From the NCBI GenBank assembly GCA_036570185.1, contig DATCPH010000166.1, positions 620-64,619 on the forward strand: a DNA stretch of 64,000 bases, in the 5' to 3' direction. Under the pieces are notes generated by a model. The model searched no databases. It was not told where the DNA came from and saw only the letters and a list, made by a program, of their open reading frames with translations. Shown here in pieces: positions 18,104-28,001 of the stretch (positions are counted from its first letter, which is position 1; every line of letters starts with the position of its first letter). Position numbers and translations under genes: made by a program. This stretch comes from Candidatus Limnocylindrales bacterium. GTDB taxonomy: Bacteria > Chloroflexota > Limnocylindria > Limnocylindrales > CSP1-4.

Positions 18104-19315
18104 ATGGCCGATGATCCCGTGCTCGCGAGGGTGGAGGAGCTCTCGGGGACATTCATGACGGGTCAACTCACCCGGCGACAGTTCGGCAAAGGCCTGCTGG
18201 CCCTCGGGCTTTCATTGCCCGCGGTCAGTCTCATCGTCGCGGCTTGCTCGAAAGCCGCCAGCCTCAGTCCCACCACTCCCACCGCCAGCGGGGCCTCGTC
18301 CGTCCTGGAGCCCGCGGAGGCCGCCCTGCTCAGCGCCGCGAAGGGCGAGGGCACGCTGTACCTCACGGGCATCCCGCCAGAGTGGGCCAACTACCAGGGA
18401 CAGTTCGACCTGTGGGACAAGCTGACCGGGATCAAGCGGGACGGCATCACGACCGAGGGTGAGTTCACCTCTGGCCAGGAGCTCGATTCGATCAAGAACA
18501 CGAAGAAGCCCGACGTCGGCGATGTCGGCATCACGTTCGGCTCCCAGGCCAAGACCGCCGGTCTGGTGCAGAACTACAAGCACGCCCACTGGGACGACGT
18601 GGACGCCAAGCTCAAGGACCCGGACGGGGCGTGGTGCATGGAGTACTACGGCACCGAGGCGTTCACGATCAACACCGATGCCGTCAAGCTCGATATCAAG
18701 GACTGGAAAGACCTGCTCGACCCGTCTCTGAAGAACTCCGTCGGCATCGACGGCGACCCGACCAAGGCGAGCGACTCGTTCTACGCGGTCTGGTCTGCCG
18801 CCTTCGCCAACGGCGGCGGCTTGGATGACATCGGACCCGGCGTCGACTTCTTCAACCAGCTGAAGGCGGCCGGCAACCTGACACCGACTCGCGCCACCGA
18901 GGCGAACATGCTGAGTGGCGAAGTCAAGGTTGGGATCAAATGGGAATACCTCGGCTTGGCCAACCGCGACAAATTCGCAGGGGCACCGAACATCAAGGTC
19001 GTGATCCCGCCGTCCGGGTCGGTCACCGGCCCCTACGTGGCGATCATCACAGCCACGGCGCCACATCCGAACGCCGCGAAGCTGTGGAACGAGATGCTCT
19101 TCAGCGACGCCGGCCAGCTGAACTACCTCAAGGGCTACGCCCACCCGGCCCGCTACGACGCGCTCGCAGCGGCCGGCAAGATCCCTGCCGACCTGATAGC
19201 CAAGCTGCCGTCGGCGGATGCCTACAAGACCGTCACGACCGTCTTTGACCAGGCGAAGGTCGACGCCGCAAAGGCGAAGCTCGGGACACTCTGGAAGCTG
19301 GTGGTCAACAGTTAG
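18104..19315 (+). CDS. Second, paralogous ABC substrate-binding protein with a Tat-type signal (RRQFGKGLLALG)
   Basis: The product is about 40% identical to the upstream binding protein along its full length. It has a twin-arginine motif and a lipobox-like AAC. Confidence 0.85.
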   Translation: MADDPVLARVEELSGTFMTGQLTRRQFGKGLLALGLSLPAVSLIVAACSKAASLSPTTPTASGASSVLEPAEAALLSAAKGEGTLYLTGIPPEWANYQGQFDLWDKLTGIKRDGITTEGEFTSGQELDSIKNTKKPDVGDVGITFGSQAKTAGLVQNYKHAHWDDVDAKLKDPDGAWCMEYYGTEAFTINTDAVKLDIKDWKDLLDPSLKNSVGIDGDPTKASDSFYAVWSAAFANGGGLDDIGPGVDFFNQLKAAGNLTPTRATEANMLSGEVKVGIKWEYLGLANRDKFAGAPNIKVVIPPSGSVTGPYVAIITATAPHPNAAKLWNEMLFSDAGQLNYLKGYAHPARYDALAAAGKIPADLIAKLPSADAYKTVTTVFDQAKVDAAKAKLGTLWKLVVNS

Positions 19316-19354
19316 TTCGGCGGATCCGGCTCCCAGGAGATCGAACCCCGACCG

Positions 19355-20251
19355 GTGACCCAAAGCGGTCGCCCGCCGACGGCGCAGCCCACCGCGAGCA
19401 GACGTCGCGGTGGGCTGGCGATTCTCGCGCTCGTGCCGTTCGCCGTCATCGTCGTGTTCTTCCTCGTCATGCCGGCGCTATCGCTCCTGTGGGGCAGTTT
19501 TCACGTTGGTGGGTCCGGTCCGGTCACCCTGGCCAATTTCGACTATCTGCGCGGCGCCGACAAGTCGCTCCAGCCGTTCATCAACTCGTTCCTCATCTCC
19601 TTTGCCTCGATGATCAGCGGCGGCATCCTGGGCCTGGTCATCGCCCAGGCGCTCGTCTCTTCGAAGAATCGCCTGCTCGAACAGCTGACGATCACGTTCA
19701 GCAGCGTCGCGGCGAACTTCGCGGGGGTCCCGCTCGCCTTCGCGTACGTTGCGATGATCGGCGTCAACGGACTCCTGACTCGCTTCCTGATCGGGCTCGG
19801 GGTCGACCTCTACGGCAGCGGCTTCAGCCTGTATACCCTCGCCGGCCTGACCGTCGTCTACACGTACTTCCAGGTCCCGCTGATGATGCTGCTCATCCTG
19901 CCGGCGCTCCAGGCGATGCGCCGCGAGTGGCGAGAGGCGTCGGACAACCTCGGCGCCAGCCGCTGGCGCTACGTTCGGTCGGTGGCGATCCCGGTCCTCA
20001 CCCCATCGCTGATCGCCTCGCTCTTGTTGCTGTTTGCGAACTCGTTCGGGGCGTACGCCACGGCGTATGCCCTGACGACGGGCTTCATCTCCCTCGTCCC
20101 GATCGCCATCTCGAACGTTATCGCGGGTGACGTGACCTTCGATCCCGGCCAGGGGGACGCGCTCGCGATGGGACTGGCGGTCGTGATGACCGTCTGTGTC
20201 GGAGGCCAGGCGATCCTCCAGCGTCGCGCATCGCGGTGGCTCAACCGATGA
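19355..20251 (+). CDS. ABC transporter permease (PotB-like)
   Basis: A six-TM permease with the EAA-type loop. Confidence 0.85.
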   Translation: MTQSGRPPTAQPTASRRRGGLAILALVPFAVIVVFFLVMPALSLLWGSFHVGGSGPVTLANFDYLRGADKSLQPFINSFLISFASMISGGILGLVIAQALVSSKNRLLEQLTITFSSVAANFAGVPLAFAYVAMIGVNGLLTRFLIGLGVDLYGSGFSLYTLAGLTVVYTYFQVPLMMLLILPALQAMRREWREASDNLGASRWRYVRSVAIPVLTPSLIASLLLLFANSFGAYATAYALTTGFISLVPIAISNVIAGDVTFDPGQGDALAMGLAVVMTVCVGGQAILQRRASRWLNR

Positions 20252-21132
20252 CGGCTCCGACCCCGGGCGTGGCCGCCGAAGCAGGCCACGAGGCGACCAA
20301 GGTGATCGGTGCCGCGCAGGGCCGCCAGGCTCCGCGCCCGCGCCCTGGACGCTCGGTCCTGCCGGCGGTGATCATCGTCGGAGCCTTCCTCTACTACGTC
20401 GTGCCCCTCATCGCGACGGCCTCATTTGCCCTGTCCGACGGACGTCACTTCAGCGTGACGCCGCTCACCGACGCATTGGGCGACCCGGCATTCCACGATG
20501 CGATCACGCTGAGCGCGGGCATCGCGATCCTGACGACGATCGTGTCGATTGTCATCGTCGCCCCGACCTCCTACCTCATCGTGCTCCGCTTCCGGCGTAT
20601 CCGGACGCTGGTGGACTTCATCACGATCCTGCCGTTCGTCATCCCGCCGATCATCCTGACCCTCGGCCTGCGCCAGGTCTACGGCGCCGAATCGCCGCTG
20701 GGCGTCAACCTCGTCGACTCACCGCTCCTCATCGTAGGTGGCTACTTCATCCTGTCGCTGCCATTTACCTACCGGGCGGTCGACAATGCGATGCGGGCGA
20801 TCGACGTGGTGCTCCTCACCGAGGCGTCGGAGAGCCTCGGGGCCGGCGCGCTGCGGACCTTCCGATTGGTCATCCTGCCGGGCAGCCTGCTGGGGATCAT
20901 CTCGGCGGGGCTTCTGTGCTTCACGACCGTCATGGGCGAGTTCACCCTTGCTTCGCTCCTCGGCTACGCGACGTTCCCGGTCTTTCTCAACAACGTTTAC
21001 GCGAGCGCGCCGCGGGAGGCGACGTCCCTCGTCATCGTCAGCTTCATGATCACGTGGGCGGGCGTCCTCGCCCTTGCCGGGGTCGGGCGGAGGGCCGGAG
21101 GCGGCGCCACCGCTCTCCGCCGCGCCGCCTGA
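20236..21132 (+). CDS. ABC transporter permease (PotC-like)
   Basis: The gene overlaps the previous permease. The EAA loop is present (ASESLGAGALRTF). Confidence 0.85.
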   Translation: MAQPMTAPTPGVAAEAGHEATKVIGAAQGRQAPRPRPGRSVLPAVIIVGAFLYYVVPLIATASFALSDGRHFSVTPLTDALGDPAFHDAITLSAGIAILTTIVSIVIVAPTSYLIVLRFRRIRTLVDFITILPFVIPPIILTLGLRQVYGAESPLGVNLVDSPLLIVGGYFILSLPFTYRAVDNAMRAIDVVLLTEASESLGAGALRTFRLVILPGSLLGIISAGLLCFTTVMGEFTLASLLGYATFPVFLNNVYASAPREATSLVIVSFMITWAGVLALAGVGRRAGGGATALRRAA

Positions 21133-21161
21133 CCCTGATTGGGATCGGATAGGAAGGACTG

Positions 21162-22286
21162 ATGGCCCAACTCGAAATCCACGGCATCACGAAGCGCTTC
21201 GGCGGCCAGATCGCCGTTAAGGACTTCGACCTGTCCGTCGGCGACGGCGAGCTCGTGAGCTTCCTGGGGCCATCGGGCTGCGGGAAGACGACGATCCTCA
21301 GGATCACGGCGGGATTCGAATTTCCCGACGAAGGCAGCATCGTCGTGAATGGGCGGGATATCACGGCCCTGCCGGCCAACCAACGCGGCATGGGCATGGT
21401 CTTCCAGGGCTATGCCCTGTTCCCCAACATGAGCACGGCCGACAATATTGAGTACGGCCTGAAGGTCCGGGATCAGCCCCCGGAGAAACGCCGTCAGCGC
21501 GTGGCCGAGATGCTCGAGCTGTTCGGGCTCGGACACGTCGCGAAGAGCTATCCGAGCCAGCTGTCCGGCGGGCAGCAGCAACGCACCGCATTCGCCCGGG
21601 CGGTGGCCGTGGAACCCTCCGTGCTGCTTCTCGACGAGCCGCTTTCGGCCGTCGACGCCAAGGTCCGCGAGGAGCTCCGCACAGAGATCCGGCGCATGCA
21701 ACAGCGCCTCGGGATAACAGCGATCCTGGTGACCCATGATCAGTCGGAGGCGCTCTCGATCAGCGATCGCGTCGTTGTCATGAGCCGCGGCAAGATCGAG
21801 GAGATCGGCACGCCTGGCCAGATCTATGCAGAGCCGCGCTCCGAATTCACGGCGTCATTTGTCGGGGCCATGAACCGCCTGCCGGTCCGCGTGATCTCGT
21901 CGGCCGAGGGACTCGTGGAGCGCCAGGGCCAGCGCTTCGCGGTGGCCGGCGCGACCGAACTGCCGGAAGGGAGTGCGGCACTCCTCCTCGTTCGACCCGA
22001 ATTGCTCCAGCCCGTCGAGGATGGCGCGGCTCCGAAGGAGACGACCCTGAGCGGTCTCGTCGAGGTCCAGACCTTCCTTGGCTCGACGACGCGCCTCCTC
22101 GTGCGCGAGGGAGAAGGCGGAAACGAGACCGTCCTGCATGGTGGCTCGCCCCTCATCGCAGTAGAGATCCCGAGCTCGATGGCGTCACGTTGGCCGGGCG
22201 GCAGCCGCATCACCGTCGCGATCCCGACGGGCGCCGCGCGAGTGATCGCCGCCTCGGCCGAGCCATCTGCGCCGCCCACGGCCTGA
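21162..22286 (+). CDS. ABC transporter ATPase (PotA/FbpC-like) with a C-terminal TOBE-like domain
   Basis: GPSGCGKTT, LSGGQQQR and LLLDEPLSAVD are present. Confidence 0.9.
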   Translation: MAQLEIHGITKRFGGQIAVKDFDLSVGDGELVSFLGPSGCGKTTILRITAGFEFPDEGSIVVNGRDITALPANQRGMGMVFQGYALFPNMSTADNIEYGLKVRDQPPEKRRQRVAEMLELFGLGHVAKSYPSQLSGGQQQRTAFARAVAVEPSVLLLDEPLSAVDAKVREELRTEIRRMQQRLGITAILVTHDQSEALSISDRVVVMSRGKIEEIGTPGQIYAEPRSEFTASFVGAMNRLPVRVISSAEGLVERQGQRFAVAGATELPEGSAALLLVRPELLQPVEDGAAPKETTLSGLVEVQTFLGSTTRLLVREGEGGNETVLHGGSPLIAVEIPSSMASRWPGGSRITVAIPTGAARVIAASAEPSAPPTA

Positions 22287-22321
22287 CTGCGCCGTTGACG
22301 CAGCGAACGCTGGATCGAGCA

Positions 22322-23029
22322 GTGCTCGATGGCTTCAAGCTGGTCGTCTTCGACAAGGACGGCACCCTGATCGAATTCGATGCGATGTGGGGCGGTTGGC
22401 TGATCGCCCTCGCGCAGCGCCTCGAGGCGGACACCGGCCGCGCTCTCGACGATCAGCTTTTTGCCGCGTTCGGCTTCGACGCCTCCACGGGCCGACAAAC
22501 GCGGGGGAGCCGGCTCTCGGCCATGCCGATGGCGCGCCTGCGGGAGATCGGCGTCGACGTTCTCGCAGAGAGCGGCATGACCCGCGCCGCGGCCCTTACC
22601 GCGGTCGAGCGCCAGTGGCAGGCGCCCGATCCCGTCGCGCTGGCGCGGCCGCTGGCGCCGCTCCAGGAGCTCTTCCGCTCACTGAGAGGGGCCGGATCGA
22701 AGGTCGGTGTTGCGACGATCGACGATCGTGTCCCGACCGAGCGGACCCTCGACGCGCTCGGGGTCCGGGAGCTTGTCGATGGTCTCGCCTGTGCCGACGA
22801 TGGCCTGGCCGTCAAGCCCGCACCGGACATGGTTCTCCATCTCTGCCGCCAGCTCGGGGTCGATCCGGCCGACTCCGCGGTCATCGGGGATTCACCCTCC
22901 GACCTCGCCATGGGCCGGGCTGCCGGCGCGGGTTTCATCGTCGGCGTCCTGACAGGGGTCGGGTCCCGAGGGGAGCTGGCGCCGATCGCCGACGTCGTGG
23001 TGCCATCGATCGCCAGCCTATTGCCCTGA
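22322..23029 (+). CDS. HAD-superfamily hydrolase (phosphatase-like)
   Basis: The DxDGT motif is present (VVFDKDGTL), and GDSPSD motif IV is present. The GTG start at 22322 was chosen. The N-terminal extension in the ORF track overlaps the ATPase gene. Confidence 0.7.
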   Translation: MLDGFKLVVFDKDGTLIEFDAMWGGWLIALAQRLEADTGRALDDQLFAAFGFDASTGRQTRGSRLSAMPMARLREIGVDVLAESGMTRAAALTAVERQWQAPDPVALARPLAPLQELFRSLRGAGSKVGVATIDDRVPTERTLDALGVRELVDGLACADDGLAVKPAPDMVLHLCRQLGVDPADSAVIGDSPSDLAMGRAAGAGFIVGVLTGVGSRGELAPIADVVVPSIASLLP

Positions 23030-23184
23030 CAGCCGCGACGGGGCGATCGTTGTCTCGGGGCACCATTTCCCCGTTCCCACTGGTACTTTTGTCCCATCGC
23101 CGGGCACCGGCGGTCCCGTTACGCTCGGCGCTGCGCCTTATCCGGGGACTGGATCTGTTCCGGTCCGCGAAAACCCGGAGCCTC

Positions 23185-26100
23185 GTGCTCGGAACGTTGT
23201 GTGCGGAGGGCGCCGAGCGTGGAGGTGGGCGGCCCGATGGTCCTGGCAGGAGATCCTGCTCGCCCGAGACGATCGTGGATTCGCCCGCGGCCCCAACGAG
23301 ACGAGCGGGACGGCTCCGGCGCGGGGGGAGCCGCGACGCGAGCGCTGCACTTCGGCGGGTCGCTGCCGAACTGAGTGGCACGATCGACCTCCCGGCGCTG
23401 TTCGAGGACGTCCTCGACGAATCCGTTGAGCTCTTCGGAGCGGACCGTGCTGGCCTCTGGAAATACCACGGCGACCGCGGGCTGCCGTTCGAGCTCGCGA
23501 CGCACCGGGGGCTGCCCGACGACCTTCTCGCGGCCGCCCGCGCACTCCGTCGCGATAGCAAGTCGATCGGCCTCGAGGCGCTGCGCACTGGCACGGTGAG
23601 AGTCGTGCGCGAGCCAGGCACGCGAGGGTCGACCGCTGAGCTTCGCCGCGCGTTCCGAACCCACGACATCTCGACCATCTGCGTGGTGCCCGTCATCTTC
23701 CGTAACGAAGGACTCGGCCTGCTGGTCCTGTACCACACCCAGCCGCACGACTGGTCCACCGAGGAAACAGCTCTCGCGCGGAGCTTCGCCGACGGAATCG
23801 CGGCCGCAATGGCCAACGCCCGGCTGCTCGACTCGGTCGGCTCGTTGGCGGCACGGCTCCGAGCCATCCAGGACCTGGGGCTGAAGCTCAATCGGATCAG
23901 CGACATCGGGGGCATCGGGCGCGCCATCGTGGCCGAAGCGGGCGGCCTCATCGAATGCGACACGATCCGCGTTTACACGGTTGATCTTGCGTCGGGCTGG
24001 TGCGAGCCGATCGCGTTCCGCGGCCGCTTCTTGGGTTCCGACGAGCCGGCGACACAGCTGCTCAGGGTGCGGGTCGGCGAGGGGATCACCGGCTGGGTCG
24101 CCCAGCACAACGAACCGCTGATGGTCGGCAATGCGGGCGCCGACAGTCGCAGCGTGCTGCTCGGGTCCGCCGACGCTCCCGAGTCGATGCTCGCCGTCCC
24201 CATGACGTTCGACGACACCGTCCACGGCGTGATCGTTCTCTCCCGGCTCGGGATGGATCGGTTCAACCGCGACGATCGGTCGACCCTGATGATCTTCGCC
24301 GGCTACGCCTGTCAGGCGCTGGTCAATGCCCGAAACCTCGAGACGCTGAGCGGGCAACGTGAGGAGCTCGAGCTCAAGATGGCCAGCCAGCGCCGTCTCC
24401 TCGAGGTCAACGAGCGGCTCCTCTCAACGCTCGACCCGACGGAGGTCCTGGAGCTCATCGCCGACTCCCTCAAGACGGTGGTCAGCTACAACTCGCTCAC
24501 GATCTACGAGGCTGACCGCGAGCGTGACGTTCGGCGGGCCGTCGTCGCCCGCGACCGGTTCGCAGATCTCATCCTGGCCAACGAAGGACCCGTAGACCGC
24601 GGATTCACGGGCTGGGTCATTGCGCACGGCGAAGCGATCCTCGCCAATGAGGCCCATCTCGATCCTCGCGGGGCACAGATCCCGGGCACGCCGGTCGAGC
24701 CCGAAGCGATGATCGTGGTTCCGCTGATCGTCAACGCCAACGTCCGGGGAACGCTCAATGTCGCCCGGGTCGGCCCCGGGGAGGCCCCTTTCACCGAGAG
24801 CGAATTCGAGCTCGTGAAGCTCTTCGCCGGGCAGGCCTCGATCGCGCTCCAGAACGCCGAGGCGCACGGCGCGATCAAGGTCCTGGCCGAGCACGACGCG
24901 CTGACCGGACTTCTCAATCACGGCGCGTTCCAGCGCGAGCTGGGCGAAGCGATCACTTCCAGCGACGGACGGCCACTGGCGTTGATGATGATGGACCTGG
25001 ACGGCTTCAAGGCCTTCAACGACACGAACGGCCACCCCGACGGCGACGTCCTCCTGGCCGAGGTCTCGGAGCGAATCGTTGCCGCCGTCCGCGAGGGCGA
25101 CCGGATCTATCGCTACGGCGGTGATGAGTTCGCAGTCCTGCTGCCCGGCGCCAGCCGGGACACGGCGGCCGAGGTTGCCCAGCGGATCCGGGCGGCGATC
25201 GCCGGCCTCCCGGACCCCGTCATGGGACCCAAGATCTCGGTCAGCATCGGCGTCACGTGTTTCCCCGAAGACGGCCGCACGAAGCAGGACCTCGTCAAGG
25301 CGGCCGACCAGGCCCTCTACCTCGCGAAACCGTCGCTCAAGGCGGAGGTGTCCCTGCGTCGCGATCCCTATGTGGCCGCGCTCGACGAAACCGCCATCGC
25401 GCTGCACGACGGCAGCGAGCCGACCGAGCTATTGGGAACCATCCTCGACCGCGCCGCCCATCTCCTCGGAACCCAGCACGGATACGTGTACCTCGTCGAA
25501 CCGGACGAGCAGAGCCTCGTCGTCAGCGTCGGCATCGGCATGTTCACCGAGTACATCGGATATCGGCTGCCCGTTGCACAGGGCGTTGCGGGCGCCGTCT
25601 TCCGGACCGGTCGCTCCGTCGCGGTCGACGACTACGACACATTCTCGCGCCGGGCGGCCGACATGCCAAAAGGCGAATTCGGCGCCGTGGTGGGCGTACC
25701 CCTGACGTCGGGCGGGAAGGTGGTCGGCGTCATCGGCCTCGCGGCCGGCGACAGCCAGCGGACCTTCGGCAAGCGCGAAATCGGCGCGCTAGCCGGCTTT
25801 GCCCAGCTGGCTTCGATGGCACTCGACAACGACCGTCTCCAAGAGGCGGCCCAGCGCGGAGCCCTCTACGACCATGTGACCGGCCTCCCCAACCGCGAGC
25901 TGCTGACGGACCGCCTCGACCAGGCCCTGACGTGGACCAGCCCCGATGAACCGGGCCAGGTCGCGGTCGTGCTCGTCGACATCGACCGCTTCCGCGTGAT
26001 CGCCCAGAGTCTGGGACACGCCGCCGGAGATCGATTGCTGCTCAACGTCGGGCAGCGCCTCGTCGCCTCCGTGCGGCCGACCGACATCGTCGCCCGGATC

Positions 26101-27264
26101 GGCGGGGACGAGTTCGGCATCGTGCTGGCGTTGACCCACAGGGACGATCCCCGGCGCCTCGGCGATCGCATCGAAGCGGAGCTGAAGGCGCCGTTCGATC
26201 TCGACGGGCGGTCGTGGTTCGTCAGCGTCAGCATGGGCATCGCTCTGGGGTGGCCCGGGCGCACGTCCGCCTCAGAGGTTCTCAGGGAGGCGGCCATTGC
26301 GCTGGTGCGAGCCAAGTCGAACGGAACCCAGCGGAAGGTCGTCTTCGAGTCGGCGATGAGCGACGTCAGCCTGGCGCGCGTGGACCTCGAAAACGACCTC
26401 CGATCGGCGCTCGATCGTGGTGAGTTGAGCCTGGCCTACCAGCCGATCGTGGACCTCACGACCAACCGCGTCCTCGGATTTGAGGCCCTCTCGCGCTGGC
26501 GCCACCCGACGCGGGGCAATGTCCCGCCATCGACGTTCATCCCGCTCGCGGAGGAGAGCGGCTTGATCGTTCCGATTGGGCGCTGGGCGCTCGAATCGGC
26601 CTGCCGCCAAGCCGGGGCATGGCACGATGCGTTTCCAGGCTATCCCCTGATCATGAGCGTCAACCTGTCGCCGCGGGAGTTCATGAATCCAAGCCTCGTC
26701 GACGACGTGGCGGCCATCCTGGCCGACACCGGCATCGATCCGGCCACCCTCGAGCTCGAGATCACGGAGAGCGTCGCAATGGACGAGTCGGCTGAAGGGA
26801 CACGCGCCCTGCGCTCCTTGCGGGCCCTCGGTCCCCGCCTGGTCCTCGATGACTTCGGGACCGGCTACTCGTCGCTGTCCTACCTTCGGAACCTACCGCT
26901 CGACGCGATCAAGATCGATCAGACGTTCGTGACCGATCTCGGCGCGGGCGACCCGAACCTGCCCATCGTCCAGGCGATCATCGCCCTGACCCACGGCCTG
27001 GGGATCGATGTCGTGGCGGAAGGCATCACGACGGCGGCCAAGGCGCGGCGATTGCAGGCCCTCGGCTGCGACCGCGGGCAGGGTTATGCCTGGGCAAGGC
27101 CGATGCGCGCAGCCGCCGTCGAACGGATCCTTCGGCGCGGCCCGCTGGCGGCGCTTCCAACGACGGCGACCAGCGGCCGAGGCGGCTCGATCCGCACCTC
27201 GATCGCTCCGCTTCCGCGTAATCGACCCGGACGTCTCCGCGCCTTGGGGATGCCCGCGTCGTAG
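23185..27264 (+). CDS. Multidomain c-di-GMP signalling protein: GAF-GAF-GAF-GGDEF-GAF-GGDEF-EAL
   Basis: Two intact GGDEF motifs (RYGGDEF, RIGGDEF) are present. EAL motifs are intact (EALSRW, DDFGTGYSSL, KIDQTFV). Four GAF-like regions are present. The start is uncertain: GTG 23185, TTG 23197 or GTG 23275. The 5' 800 nt of the ORF-track model overlaps the HAD gene and is rejected. Confidence 0.8.
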   Translation: MLGTLCAEGAERGGGRPDGPGRRSCSPETIVDSPAAPTRRAGRLRRGGSRDASAALRRVAAELSGTIDLPALFEDVLDESVELFGADRAGLWKYHGDRGLPFELATHRGLPDDLLAAARALRRDSKSIGLEALRTGTVRVVREPGTRGSTAELRRAFRTHDISTICVVPVIFRNEGLGLLVLYHTQPHDWSTEETALARSFADGIAAAMANARLLDSVGSLAARLRAIQDLGLKLNRISDIGGIGRAIVAEAGGLIECDTIRVYTVDLASGWCEPIAFRGRFLGSDEPATQLLRVRVGEGITGWVAQHNEPLMVGNAGADSRSVLLGSADAPESMLAVPMTFDDTVHGVIVLSRLGMDRFNRDDRSTLMIFAGYACQALVNARNLETLSGQREELELKMASQRRLLEVNERLLSTLDPTEVLELIADSLKTVVSYNSLTIYEADRERDVRRAVVARDRFADLILANEGPVDRGFTGWVIAHGEAILANEAHLDPRGAQIPGTPVEPEAMIVVPLIVNANVRGTLNVARVGPGEAPFTESEFELVKLFAGQASIALQNAEAHGAIKVLAEHDALTGLLNHGAFQRELGEAITSSDGRPLALMMMDLDGFKAFNDTNGHPDGDVLLAEVSERIVAAVREGDRIYRYGGDEFAVLLPGASRDTAAEVAQRIRAAIAGLPDPVMGPKISVSIGVTCFPEDGRTKQDLVKAADQALYLAKPSLKAEVSLRRDPYVAALDETAIALHDGSEPTELLGTILDRAAHLLGTQHGYVYLVEPDEQSLVVSVGIGMFTEYIGYRLPVAQGVAGAVFRTGRSVAVDDYDTFSRRAADMPKGEFGAVVGVPLTSGGKVVGVIGLAAGDSQRTFGKREIGALAGFAQLASMALDNDRLQEAAQRGALYDHVTGLPNRELLTDRLDQALTWTSPDEPGQVAVVLVDIDRFRVIAQSLGHAAGDRLLLNVGQRLVASVRPTDIVARIGGDEFGIVLALTHRDDPRRLGDRIEAELKAPFDLDGRSWFVSVSMGIALGWPGRTSASEVLREAAIALVRAKSNGTQRKVVFESAMSDVSLARVDLENDLRSALDRGELSLAYQPIVDLTTNRVLGFEALSRWRHPTRGNVPPSTFIPLAEESGLIVPIGRWALESACRQAGAWHDAFPGYPLIMSVNLSPREFMNPSLVDDVAAILADTGIDPATLELEITESVAMDESAEGTRALRSLRALGPRLVLDDFGTGYSSLSYLRNLPLDAIKIDQTFVTDLGAGDPNLPIVQAIIALTHGLGIDVVAEGITTAAKARRLQALGCDRGQGYAWARPMRAAAVERILRRGPLAALPTTATSGRGGSIRTSIAPLPRNRPGRLRALGMPAS

Positions 27265-27276
27265 CAGCCCCTGCGG

Positions 27277-27981
27277 CTAGCGGCGGCCCCCGGTGAGGCG
27301 CAGCAGGAACAGGAACAGGTTGATGAAGTCCAGGTAGAGCTGGAGCGCCCCGATCACGGCGCCCTTCTCCATCGACCCATAGCGCGCGGCGAGGTCGCCG
27401 CCGCCGATCCGCTGGACGTCGTACGCCGTCAGCGCGGTGAACAGCACGACACCGATGATCGAGACCACCAGGCCGAAGGGCCCGCTCGGCAGGAAGACGT
27501 TGATGACCATGGCCACGATGAGGCCGATCAACCCCATCGAGAGATACCCGCCGATTCCGACGAGCGGCCGCTTCGTCGTCGCGCCGTAGAGGGCCGCGCC
27601 GCCGAACATGGCCGACGCCGACAGGAACGCCGTAACCACCGACGTCCCGGTGTACGTCGAGACGATGAGACCGATCGTCAGCCCCAGCGACGCCGCATAC
27701 GCGAGGAACAGCCCGAGGGCCGCCGACGCGCTGATCCGGTTGATGAGCGCGCTGATGGCGATCACGAGTCCCAACTGGCCGATGAGCAGGATCAGGAACC
27801 CGCCCTGGGCGAACTCGAGCAGGGGTTGATTCGACTGCACGACGGCGGCGACTCCGGCTGTGAGGAGCAGGCCGACGAACATCCAGGTGAAGGCGTGGGT
27901 GAGGAACGTCGCCGAAAGGGCGGCGGGCGGCCGGACGCCGATCTGCGAGGGGGACAGGGACGGGGGTTGCTGGCTGAACAT
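27277..27981 (-). CDS. Bax inhibitor-1/YccA (TMBIM) family membrane protein
   Basis: The product has seven TM helices and a C-terminal charged motif. The start at MFSQQPP is preceded by AGGAG. Confidence 0.8.
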   Translation of the reverse strand: MFSQQPPSLSPSQIGVRPPAALSATFLTHAFTWMFVGLLLTAGVAAVVQSNQPLLEFAQGGFLILLIGQLGLVIAISALINRISASAALGLFLAYAASLGLTIGLIVSTYTGTSVVTAFLSASAMFGGAALYGATTKRPLVGIGGYLSMGLIGLIVAMVINVFLPSGPFGLVVSIIGVVLFTALTAYDVQRIGGGDLAARYGSMEKGAVIGALQLYLDFINLFLFLLRLTGGRR

Positions 27982-28001
27982 CCTGGCTCCTGGTTCGGTT
28001 C

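Noticed and set aside
18212-19363. 383-aa minus-strand ORF
   Set aside because: Antisense to the second substrate-binding-protein gene.
22387-23184. 5' 800 nt of the 1,625-aa track ORF
   Set aside because: Overlaps the HAD hydrolase gene out of frame with Arg-rich composition. The GAF homology starts after 23185-23275.
22935-25407. Minus-strand ORFs 22935-23963, 23119-24357 and 24424-25407
   Set aside because: Antisense to the GGDEF/EAL gene with biased composition.
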